From a virus: 64,000 nt of DNA. Shown one piece after another: positions 8,398 through 16,615 of the stretch; position 1 is the stretch's first letter, and each line of letters opens with the position of its first letter. The stretch lies in the IMG/VR virus record IMGVR_UViG_3300042731_007874. One strand, written 5' to 3'. Position numbers and translations under genes: made by a program. A model generated the notes under the pieces. The model was not told the DNA's origin. It made no database searches and worked only from the letters and a program-made list of their open reading frames with translations.

Positions 8398-8893
8398 GAT
8401 TATTTAGAATGAATTCAATATCAGCATCTGTATAAGATTGAGGAGGAGAGTAAATAATACCCTCAGACATAATATCTCCAGAATGAGACACATGTTCCTC
8501 AACCCCAATATAATGAACTAGCTCATGCATTATATCAAACAGGAATTGTTTCTCAGACTTAATCTTATATGACATCACAAGGATATCGTACTTGGTTGAC
8601 ATACCTAAGGTATTGTCATCACCTCTGTAGGTTGGCGACGACAAACAATACACAACATCCTTGCCGTCGTTTGTTATATCTATATCATCCGGATGTCTAG
8701 CTGGTCTGTCCCAGCCAGCCAAATCCACCTGATAATCAATATACTCGTCACCAAGGACGTTGTTAAGTTTATTAACGGCCTGTTCAACAAGCCCATACTC
8801 TCTCTGAGAACATGAGCTATTGATATACAGGCCACCTTGTTCTTCTTGGCACGCCGCCAATACCAGAATAGTTATAATCACCAATGTTTTCAT
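8390..8893 (-). CDS. lipoprotein zinc metallopeptidase (metzincin/matrixin-like)
   Basis: Lipobox VLAAC; HELVHYIGVEEH zinc motif followed by a DIM Met-turn. Confidence 0.8.
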   Translation of the reverse strand: MKTLVIITILVLAACQEEQGGLYINSSCSQREYGLVEQAVNKLNNVLGDEYIDYQVDLAGWDRPARHPDDIDITNDGKDVVYCLSSPTYRGDDNTLGMSTKYDILVMSYKIKSEKQFLFDIMHELVHYIGVEEHVSHSGDIMSEGIIYSPPQSYTDADIEFILNNLK

Positions 8894-8912
8894 TTTCTTT
8901 TTCCTTTCTTTG

Positions 8913-9314
8913 TTAATTTGAAAACTCTACAAAAGTCAGCTTTTTGCAAACTAATTCTTCGTGAGCCTCATCAACAGCCACAATGTCTTCTCGTTCAACT
9001 TCGAATTTAACAGTTTTTCTACCATAGAAATCCCAACCCATAAAGTCGTCTTTGAAAGAAGCATAGACATGAAGTCCTTCCGCTATCTCTCCAGATTCCC
9101 GCTCTTCTTCAGTCGGTTTAGAAGATCTATTTATTTCAAATATATTGTGTTTATTGAAATCCCAAATAAATTCCCCATGACGTGGAGATCTATAAAAATT
9201 TTCCCATGAACTTTTTACTACAATTTTATAAACAAAGACCTTATCACGATTACCAACAAAATTTTGAAGGATTATATCGTTCTCTTCTTGGCTTTTGTTA
9301 ATGCTTAGAGGCAT
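8913..9314 (-). CDS. paralog family A, copy 4
   Basis: Shared motifs; the start at 9314 (MPLSINK) aligns with the other copies. Confidence 0.8.
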   Translation of the reverse strand: MPLSINKSQEENDIILQNFVGNRDKVFVYKIVVKSSWENFYRSPRHGEFIWDFNKHNIFEINRSSKPTEEERESGEIAEGLHVYASFKDDFMGWDFYGRKTVKFEVEREDIVAVDEAHEELVCKKLTFVEFSN

Positions 9315-9465
9315 AACTTTTTCCTTTCCCGGCAAACGCCGAATATTGAGACCCTTATGGCCAATCAGATACATATTCCCAGCCTTTCTTAACAGGCTGA
9401 GACTTTACTCTCTTACCTTGTTTCTCTTCTTTCATTTGTTTATTACGTTTCTTCTTTTTAGCCAT

Positions 9466-9711
9466 TTAGATTCCTCCACAATCCGGGCAGCAAAGCCACC
9501 CATTATAGTTACGGACACTAGGCTTAACAGAACCACAGTATCCACATCGGATTACATCATCTTCCAGAAACCTTCTTTGAGGCTTCTTATAAGGAGGAAC
9601 CCACTTACTGAGGTCCAACCTTTCTTCGATGATCCTGTCTCCCTTTACGCCGCTCTTAATAAGAGCACTTGCGAAAGTCCCTTTGTCTGAAGCCATTCTT
9701 GTGATTATCAT
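9466..9711 (-). CDS. hypothetical Zn-ribbon protein sharing an N-terminal module with 7828-8292
   Basis: MIITRMAS...RLDLSKWVPPYKK then CGYC...CPDC. Confidence 0.8.
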   Translation of the reverse strand: MIITRMASDKGTFASALIKSGVKGDRIIEERLDLSKWVPPYKKPQRRFLEDDVIRCGYCGSVKPSVRNYNGWLCCPDCGGI

Positions 9712-9726
9712 AGTAGTTCTCCTTTG

Positions 9727-9918
9727 TTAGTCCTTAAAAACTGATCTAGCCAAATCCTCAATACCTGCCACAGTAAGCCAACAAAACATTTGATTATTGA
9801 TTTTTCTCATTCTCGCCGCATACTCTTTCTTTGTTAGAGCCTGCCTCTTAAGCTGATCCTTAAGTGAACCACTTGCTACGAATAAATCATACAACTTCTG
9901 ATTGGTCTTCTTTGACAT
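9727..9918 (-). CDS. hypothetical protein
   Basis: 63-aa ORF with SD AGGAGA. Confidence 0.65.
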   Translation of the reverse strand: MSKKTNQKLYDLFVASGSLKDQLKRQALTKKEYAARMRKINNQMFCWLTVAGIEDLARSVFKD

Positions 9919-9929
9919 GACGATCTCTC

Positions 9930-10023
9930 TTTCTCCTATAAATATAGGATAGTAAATTAGAGCAAAATTGCTCTACAAGGCCCACCAACCTAGTTGATAA
10001 GCCCGAAGAACATTTTTACTTTA
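9930..10023 (-). promoter_or_regulatory. 94-nt structured leader element C, copy 2
   Basis: Duplicate of 8304-8397 with compensatory stem changes. Confidence 0.75.
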
Positions 10024-10702
10024 TATGTCCTTCTGGACATATACCCACTCCAAGAAGACTAAGAGCTTGTAAGGCAGGGTTATTTGTTTCTTTTGTCCCG
10101 AGCGTTTCTTTCTCTATCGCGATATTAAGCTGTCGCCTTCGTGCTACAATTTCTTTATGTCCCATGCCAGCCATGTCATAGAACTTTTCTATATTATCCA
10201 TTACTTTGACAAGGCCATCAAGGTGGCCATTATCAATAGCAACTCTGTCTGCTTCCAGTTCTATTTTGATGGTTGACTCCGCACCAAACATCCTCTTGAA
10301 CATATTCAAGGGATTAGGATTATCCAAGTGACCACACTTGATGTGACCTATCTCATGAGCGAGAATTGCTTCTTGTATTTCTTTGTCCGCCGCCATAAAG
10401 GCGTCGTTGACAACAATAACAAACTCACCATTAATTCTCCCAACAAGAGCACTTGGCATATCCTTCTGTCCTTGCAGTACAAATATACCATTGAAGTGCT
10501 TGAGGTAGACCTTCCTACCATTAATAGTCGTTTCTCCAATGTCTCGCATAGAGAGAAGCCCTTCTACTCCTTGTTCCTCTATAAGCGCCTTAGTATCAAC
10601 ATAGACCTTATAGTTCATCTTGACCTGGCCTACCATAAAGTCCTTAACAGGGCTAATCTTCTCTACTACGTCCCTCACTGCATATTTTGTTCTATCCAAC
10701 AT
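10016..10702 (-). CDS. zinc metallopeptidase, M48/HtpX-like
   Basis: AILAHEIGH plus downstream ELEAD third ligand; SD GGAGA supports a start at 10702. Confidence 0.8.
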   Translation of the reverse strand: MLDRTKYAVRDVVEKISPVKDFMVGQVKMNYKVYVDTKALIEEQGVEGLLSMRDIGETTINGRKVYLKHFNGIFVLQGQKDMPSALVGRINGEFVIVVNDAFMAADKEIQEAILAHEIGHIKCGHLDNPNPLNMFKRMFGAESTIKIELEADRVAIDNGHLDGLVKVMDNIEKFYDMAGMGHKEIVARRRQLNIAIEKETLGTKETNNPALQALSLLGVGICPEGHIK

Positions 10703-10718
10703 GATACATTCTCCATTT

Positions 10719-10772
10719 ATCCTACATATATATATAGGATAGGTTATGTAGACATACATTATGTATATCTAC
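10719..10772 (-). promoter_or_regulatory. two-hairpin leader resembling element C
   Basis: 11-bp stem with triloop (10748-10772) and ATCCTA..TAGGAT stem (10719-10740) next to the SD. Confidence 0.55.
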
Positions 10773-10802
10773 TACATTACCATTACTTATTGTTTATTTA
10801 GA

Positions 10803-11234
10803 TTAATTAGACTCTACTTTACGTACGACTATCTCTTTCTTCGCGCCGCCGAATAAACCAACAAGAATAGAATCTACTATAGAGATAGTCTTCTTAAATA
10901 CAGTACCTACTATCTTAACAACTGTCTTAACTACTCTATAACGAAGAGTAACACCACTCATCTTCTTCACGACCGGCCTGATAATCTTATTACCAACTCT
11001 CTTCTTGATAGCAACAGTCTTTTCTTTAACTTTAACATTCTTTACTTTCTTAACTGTCTCTACTGGATGCAACATAGCATCCGAGACTTTATCCGAGTAC
11101 TCTTCATACTTAATTATTTCATCCACACTCTTTCCCTTCAGACATTTCCTCTCCGCTTTCTCCAGAGAGGAATCAATCTTCTCCACTACCTCTACTGTTT
11201 TCTTGACTACTGATTTTACTTTGTCCCAAAACAT
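10803..11234 (-). CDS. hypothetical Lys/Val-rich protein
   Basis: 143-aa ORF on the coding strand. Confidence 0.7.
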   Translation of the reverse strand: MFWDKVKSVVKKTVEVVEKIDSSLEKAERKCLKGKSVDEIIKYEEYSDKVSDAMLHPVETVKKVKNVKVKEKTVAIKKRVGNKIIRPVVKKMSGVTLRYRVVKTVVKIVGTVFKKTISIVDSILVGLFGGAKKEIVVRKVESN

Positions 11235-11351
11235 GACTCGTTCCTTTCTTGCCTTATCGGCAATATTAACCCCGCCGGCTCCGAACTCTTTGGGGGGTGG
11301 GGCGATTGATTATTACTTACTAGGGTTTAGAAAAATTTTTTGATTTTAGGT

Positions 11352-12026
11352 CTATATAGGTTTTTCTTTATTCTCTGCTCTTTTTCTTCTCATATAGCAC
11401 TTTGCACATAAATTACGACTCAGGTGTTGCTTTTCTTCTCCACAGTCTTCACAGATAATAAGATTCTTCTTTTTTTCTATGTAATCTTTTTTATAACATT
11501 TTTGACAAAGGCCAAGACCTTCATGGTATTTTTCTTCTCCGCAAGATTTACAGACAATTAACCTTCTCTTGTTTGGGTTTTTTCTAGACAGCCTAGAGTA
11601 ACAAGCATTACATAGGTCTTTAGTGAAAGGGTGTTTTTCTTCTCCACATTCTTTACAGATAATAACCTTAGACTCTCGTTGGTGTTTTCTATAGCAAGAG
11701 TCGCATAAACCTCTGCCTTTCGGAGGTCTATCTCTTTTGCATCTTTTGCAATTTATTAATTTTCTATCTGGATGATATTGTGTCTTTATTTTTTGTCGTT
11801 TTATCTCAACATGGATATTTTTATGACACTCCTCGCAAACAACCATGCATTTAGATAGTTCTTCCTCTCTCCTCTCTTGGCTCCACAACCAAACTTCTGA
11901 AGCAACTTTCTGACTGGGGTCTTTGTGATGGATCTGTAAAGACTCGCTAGATCCACAAATTTCACAGGGGCCGTGTTCTTGAAGCCAGTTTGTTTTTCGT
12001 TCGTTTCTTTTTTGTTTAGTATTCAT
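11352..12026 (-). CDS. HNH endonuclease domain fused to four Zn-ribbon repeats
   Basis: CEIC..QIHHKDP..KCMVVCEECHKNIH followed by four CxxC-x10-LCxxCY units. Confidence 0.85.
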   Translation of the reverse strand: MNTKQKRNERKTNWLQEHGPCEICGSSESLQIHHKDPSQKVASEVWLWSQERREEELSKCMVVCEECHKNIHVEIKRQKIKTQYHPDRKLINCKRCKRDRPPKGRGLCDSCYRKHQRESKVIICKECGEEKHPFTKDLCNACYSRLSRKNPNKRRLIVCKSCGEEKYHEGLGLCQKCYKKDYIEKKKNLIICEDCGEEKQHLSRNLCAKCYMRRKRAENKEKPI

Positions 12027-12043
12027 TAATACCTCCTAAAAAG

Positions 12044-12072
12044 AGGTTATCAGCTTATTCTCTAAGAGTCAA
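12044..12072 (-). promoter_or_regulatory. sigma70-like leftward promoter
   Basis: TTGACT-17 nt-TAACCT with an extended -10 TG, just upstream of SD AGGAGG. Confidence 0.5.
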
Positions 12073-12351
12073 GGAGGGGGCAGCTAACCCTTGACCCCCA
12101 GGGATGTCCTGAATTACTTGCTAGGTATGTATAAAATTTTTCCCATTTTGCCCCCTATTAAGAAATTTATGTTATAGTATAAGTAACAGAACCCTCTAAG
12201 CCTCTCTTTGAAGCTCAATTCTAGAGGGTCTTTTATTATTCGGCATAATCTCCACCTTAATTCTCTAAAATCAAAGTTTTAAAAAATTTTCTCCTTGAAA
12301 CCGCCATATATAAGAAAAATTATTTTTCTACCAACCCGCCCAATAATAATA

Positions 12352-12380
12352 TTGACAATCATCTCTTGATGGCCTAATTT
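12352..12380 (+). promoter_or_regulatory. sigma70-like rightward promoter
   Basis: TTGACA-17 nt-TAATTT upstream of 12412. Confidence 0.55.
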
Positions 12381-12411
12381 AAGGAAGTGAAGAATCAAGA
12401 AAGGATCACCA

Positions 12412-12666
12412 ATGTTTGATGAAATGTTTGTTTCTCACATCCAACCAAACAAAGACTATATCCAATGTTCTCTTTATTCAGAATCCGGCCAAAACCTAGT
12501 TACCTGGGTTCTGAAAGAAACAGCCCACGAGGGAAAAGAAGTTAGACTAAAAGGATCAGATCAGACTTGGACAGTAAAGGAAGTTTACAAGAGTACTGTA
12601 AAGGGGAGTGTATTAATACAAATGAGGGATCAATATAAGTATGCCAGGAGAACTACTGATGTCTAA
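12412..12666 (+). CDS. hypothetical protein
   Basis: First ORF of the rightward arm; AAGGA upstream. Confidence 0.7.
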   Translation: MFDEMFVSHIQPNKDYIQCSLYSESGQNLVTWVLKETAHEGKEVRLKGSDQTWTVKEVYKSTVKGSVLIQMRDQYKYARRTTDV

Positions 12667-12940
12667 ATCAGAAGAATTTAAGAAAGAGTTAAAGAAGTTA
12701 TATGATCAAGTAGAAGAAGATTACGTAGGAAAGCCTATTTCTAACTATGAAAGAACAAAAGAAGAAGTAAGAGTAAAGTTTCAAAACTTCTTTGATAAAT
12801 ACTATTACAATTCTTTCTTAAAGAAACAATTTAAGGTAGTTGTTGGTAGTGGTGTAACAGCTTTATCTATTGATACAGTAGATCCTGACACTGGAGTACG
12901 GGTTGAAGACTTAAAACTACAGGAGATATTTAATGACTAA
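12659..12940 (+). CDS. hypothetical protein, tandem paralog 1
   Basis: DKYYYNSFLKK and DPDTG shared with 12933-13283. Confidence 0.75.
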   Translation: MSKSEEFKKELKKLYDQVEEDYVGKPISNYERTKEEVRVKFQNFFDKYYYNSFLKKQFKVVVGSGVTALSIDTVDPDTGVRVEDLKLQEIFND

Positions 12941-13283
12941 AGCACAAGAATTTATGAAAGAGTTAAATCTGTTATCTCGAGAGACAAACCAAGATTATCG
13001 TGGGACGAAAATTACTAAAAAAATAAAAAACGATCTAAGAGTAAAGACTCAGGCTTTAATTGACAAGTATTATTATAATTCTTTTCTAAAGAAACGATAC
13101 AGAGTAACAATTTCTATTGTTGGAGATGAATTATTCATCAATACCATTGATCCTGATACTGGTTTGTTGGTTAAATATTTAGACCATTCAGAAGAAGAAG
13201 GTAATGATAATGAAATTGATCCTGACACCAGAGATCTAGTTAAGTATCTAGTTAAGCATTTTGACAAGGCCATCAATGACTAA
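12933..13283 (+). CDS. hypothetical protein, tandem paralog 2
   Basis: As above, plus internal repeat IDPDTGLLVKYL / IDPDTRDLVKYL. Confidence 0.75.
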   Translation: MTKAQEFMKELNLLSRETNQDYRGTKITKKIKNDLRVKTQALIDKYYYNSFLKKRYRVTISIVGDELFINTIDPDTGLLVKYLDHSEEEGNDNEIDPDTRDLVKYLVKHFDKAIND

Positions 13284-13458
13284 GATAGAAACAGAGAGTT
13301 TTACGGAACCGGAACCGAACATCGTCAAACAGCTTGATTGTTTAATTGTAAGTGATAATGAAGTAAACAAAAGTTATCCTTATGTTATTTCTTTGAGAAG
13401 AGACCGTTATAATACTTATCGGTTCTATGTTTTGTGTCGGTCTCGTATATTAATATAG
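13261..13458 (+). CDS. hypothetical protein
   Basis: 65-aa ORF in operon context. Confidence 0.45.
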   Translation: MTRPSMTKIETESFTEPEPNIVKQLDCLIVSDNEVNKSYPYVISLRRDRYNTYRFYVLCRSRILI

Positions 13459-13473
13459 AGGGAGCAAACAACA

Positions 13474-14175
13474 ATGAGAATAGAAACAGTAGAAGATTTC
13501 AAGAGGGCGTTATTAAGACTAGATGATATCTTTGATATCCCTATAGATGACCCCAGGAGGGATGAGAGGGCAGCTCTGATTGATGCAATTGAAGAATACG
13601 AAGACGAGCACTGTAGTATTCAACCTCCGACTGAGGAGGAAGCTAGGGCCTTTAGAAGAGAACAGGAGCTTCTCGTTGAGGATCGAGGTCTTCCTCTACC
13701 TGTTGAGGTTCCTCCAGTGCCATTAGTGTTGCCACCAAGAAAACAACATGAGTTTGATTTTTTTGATAAATCTCCTGATAATTTAAAGGCTGTTGAGGAT
13801 CGTTTAATGAAAGTAATAGAAGAAGCATGTCGAAACCAGAGGGAGTGTTTTATTAATAAAATAAAGGACTCTTTTGAAGAAATTGATAAGTTTGCTAGAG
13901 AAAACCAGGAAGAAATTTTTATTTTAAATGATTATCGGGGCTCTAAGGTCAACTCAGCGGAATATGCTGAATCTTGGATTCATAAAGACACGATTCGGTT
14001 GATTTACGACGAATATGAAAGAGGAGAAGACTATAGTCTTTATCCTTTTGATATTCCTATTAAATATATAAATAATTTAGATGGATGGTTAGAGGATTTA
14101 AGTAAGGAGAAAGAAGAGAGGGATAAAAAGAGAGAGGAAGAGAAGACTGAGGCTTCATTAGGGAGTGGAATATGA
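13474..14175 (+). CDS. protein with a HigA-antitoxin-like N-terminal domain and an unrelated C-terminus
   Basis: IETVEDFKRAL.RLD.IFD...E.AALIDAIEEYEDEH.SI.PPT.EEA..FRREQ resembles the HigA N-terminal helices; no HTH follows. Confidence 0.65.
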   Translation: MRIETVEDFKRALLRLDDIFDIPIDDPRRDERAALIDAIEEYEDEHCSIQPPTEEEARAFRREQELLVEDRGLPLPVEVPPVPLVLPPRKQHEFDFFDKSPDNLKAVEDRLMKVIEEACRNQRECFINKIKDSFEEIDKFARENQEEIFILNDYRGSKVNSAEYAESWIHKDTIRLIYDEYERGEDYSLYPFDIPIKYINNLDGWLEDLSKEKEERDKKREEEKTEASLGSGI

Positions 14176-14594
14176 AAGATTCAAATGTACCAAAACTAAG
14201 GTTTCCTTTGAGGGATTATTTACAGGATTATAATGAAGATCGTGATGTTGATCTTACATGTCAGACCATAAAGATGGTAAGAACTCGTAAAGAGCATGAT
14301 TGTCATTTTGGTCAAATAGATGGTAAATTACACATTATACCAAAGGGAGAGTTAGCGGTAAAAGACACTGCGTTGGTAGATCATGAATTTTGGGGAACTT
14401 GTTATACCTGTATTCCTTGTTTAGATAAATGGATAGCTGAGTTAAAAAGTGAGACTTGTGAATGTTGTGAATATTGGGATTTTAAGGACGAAGACGATTC
14501 TGATCAGGCTTTGTGTTTAAACCCCAGATCTAAAGAATATAAGAAATTAGTAAATTATGATTTCACTTGTAATTGTTTTAAGGACTGTGAATAA
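14172..14594 (+). CDS. hypothetical Cys-rich protein
   Basis: Several Cys clusters; overlaps the upstream stop. Confidence 0.7.
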   Translation: MKDSNVPKLRFPLRDYLQDYNEDRDVDLTCQTIKMVRTRKEHDCHFGQIDGKLHIIPKGELAVKDTALVDHEFWGTCYTCIPCLDKWIAELKSETCECCEYWDFKDEDDSDQALCLNPRSKEYKKLVNYDFTCNCFKDCE

Positions 14595-14603
14595 GGAGAA
14601 ATA

Positions 14604-15596
14604 ATGTCAATTGATTTTCCAAGAGCGTGGCAGCTAGCCAAAGAGACTAGTTTTGAAGACCATAATCCTAAGTGTAGTTATGCGCGGACCAAAGGGGGTT
14701 TACTTTGTGATTGTGAAGTTTTAACAAAACACCCAGAATATTTATCTGATGTTTTTTATGGAAAAGATGGTATTATAATAAGAAAGACCAAGAGAATGAT
14801 TAATTGGATTTGCCAAAGCAATTTATGTGACACGACAGGGCTGGAGCAAATTAAAGAAGTTTGCGAAGAAGATGGAGGCTGTTATGTTCCTTATACGGTA
14901 ATTCCTTTTGAGAATAATACTTCTGGATTTCCTGTTGATGGAATTAATGTTTTTTATGGATCGGTAACTTGGATCAACAAGCTTTCTGAAGAGAAGAGGG
15001 CTGGGTTATTCTTTGACAAGGAGAAGTTTACCTATCTTTACTGGGGAGAAAAATATAGGGATCTTTTGGTCAATGATGACTTTAAGGTTATTACTTTAAA
15101 AGAATTTGTAACTTCGAAAGAATATAACAACATAACGAGCCGAATGAACAGAGAAATCTTTTTTGTTAGACCAGCGGCCGATAATAAAGCCTTTGACGGA
15201 CATGTCTATCAATCATTTCAGGTATTAGATTCTATTGGAGGAGATCCCGATTATCTTTCGAGTTTGCCAATAATCATAGCTTCTCCAAAAATTATTCATT
15301 TAGAATATAGGTTGTTTTTTGTAAACGGTAAAGTTTCTTCTGCTTGCCAGTATAAGTACCGGGGAAGTCTGTCTGTAAGTAAGACAATTCCGCCAGATTT
15401 AATTCCTTGGGCAGAAGACCACCTTAAAGATTTTCATGATGTGTTTGTTGCCGATGTCGCCATTATTGAAGATAAAGAAGGGTTTAGTGGTTATCGGTTG
15501 CTTGAATTTGGCTGTGCAAATGCTGCGGGATTTTATGGGGTAGATGTTAAAAAAGTAACAAAAGATATTAATAAGTACTTAGGAGAATTAAGTTGA
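14604..15596 (+). CDS. ATP-grasp enzyme (DUF4343/R2K-like) with a Cys-rich N-terminal extension
   Basis: FFVRP...KAFDG, EYRLFFVNGKV, FVADVA and EFGCANAAGFY motifs. Confidence 0.75.
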   Translation: MSIDFPRAWQLAKETSFEDHNPKCSYARTKGGLLCDCEVLTKHPEYLSDVFYGKDGIIIRKTKRMINWICQSNLCDTTGLEQIKEVCEEDGGCYVPYTVIPFENNTSGFPVDGINVFYGSVTWINKLSEEKRAGLFFDKEKFTYLYWGEKYRDLLVNDDFKVITLKEFVTSKEYNNITSRMNREIFFVRPAADNKAFDGHVYQSFQVLDSIGGDPDYLSSLPIIIASPKIIHLEYRLFFVNGKVSSACQYKYRGSLSVSKTIPPDLIPWAEDHLKDFHDVFVADVAIIEDKEGFSGYRLLEFGCANAAGFYGVDVKKVTKDINKYLGELS

Positions 15597-15720
15597 AACA
15601 AGATCTTAAAGAAGAATTTAAAAGAATAGGGTCTATCTTATTAGGAATTTTATTTATATTATTTATGATGATTATATTTTATTCTATTTTTAATACTTTA
15701 ATATAAACAAGGAGAAGAGA

Positions 15721-16146
15721 ATGTGTTTATGGATTAAACAAGATCAAGAAGAAAATAAAAAGAATCTAAACAAATGGTTTGGATCTAGAAAAAGATTTGC
15801 ATATGTTTATAAAATTCTAAGAAAATGGCCAGAGGAAAACTTCTATAGATCTCCTGTTTATGATTTTAAATGGGATTTTAAAAAACAAAAAGTTTTTCAA
15901 GTAGATAGACCTAATAAACCAACCAAAGAAGAACTAAATTATGGAGAAATACATAAAGGACTCCATGTCTATACTTCTCTTAAGAAAGCTAAAGAAAACC
16001 AAAATTTTTCTTGCGATACAATAATTGAATTTAAAGTCTCTAAAGAAAACATCGTTGCGATTGAAATTAATTGGTCTGACAAAGAAGATAACTTTCAAGA
16101 ATTAGTTTGTCGAAAGTTAGAGTTTGTTAAGGTTGTTGAAAATTAA
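15721..16146 (+). CDS. paralog family A, copy 5
   Basis: Shared motifs; the only copy on the + strand. Confidence 0.85.
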   Translation: MCLWIKQDQEENKKNLNKWFGSRKRFAYVYKILRKWPEENFYRSPVYDFKWDFKKQKVFQVDRPNKPTKEELNYGEIHKGLHVYTSLKKAKENQNFSCDTIIEFKVSKENIVAIEINWSDKEDNFQELVCRKLEFVKVVEN

Positions 16147-16186
16147 CAATATAACATTGTGTAAGTAAACAAAAAAGGAGATAAAA

Positions 16187-16603
16187 ATGTTACAAAATCA
16201 CAATGACAGGTCGAGAGAATATCGGGAGGAAGCAAGATTTGCCATCAAAGAGTCTTTTTGGACGCTCAGAAGAATTGTGCCTTTGTTTTTAGGGGTTCTA
16301 TCGGTATTGGTTCTTGTTGGCTGGGGATTAAGAAGCACCAACATTGTCGACAAAGACATTGACCGCGAAGTAGTTCAATATAGTCAACAGTATACTGAAT
16401 CAAAACAGGCGAAGTTGCAGAACTTGTATACTCAGTATACTAATTTGCAGATAAGGGTTGCTGAGGCTGAAGCTAATGGACAAAACAGTATTGTGGCGGC
16501 TGTTCATGCTCAGCAAAAAGCAATACTTGCTCAGATGAAAAGAGAAACGACAAACATTCCTTCAAGTGAGGTTCCAGAAGAAGTCGAAAGACTAATAAAG
16601 TAA
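16187..16603 (+). CDS. single-pass membrane protein with helical C-terminus
   Basis: One TM segment (IVPLFLGVLSVLVLVGWG); SD AGGAGA. Confidence 0.75.
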   Translation: MLQNHNDRSREYREEARFAIKESFWTLRRIVPLFLGVLSVLVLVGWGLRSTNIVDKDIDREVVQYSQQYTESKQAKLQNLYTQYTNLQIRVAEAEANGQNSIVAAVHAQQKAILAQMKRETTNIPSSEVPEEVERLIK

Positions 16604-16615
16604 AGGAGAAGAATA

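Noticed and set aside
2831-16146. Diversity-generating retroelement explaining paralog family A
   Set aside because: No reverse transcriptase or adenine-specific TR/VR pair was seen, and copies differ throughout
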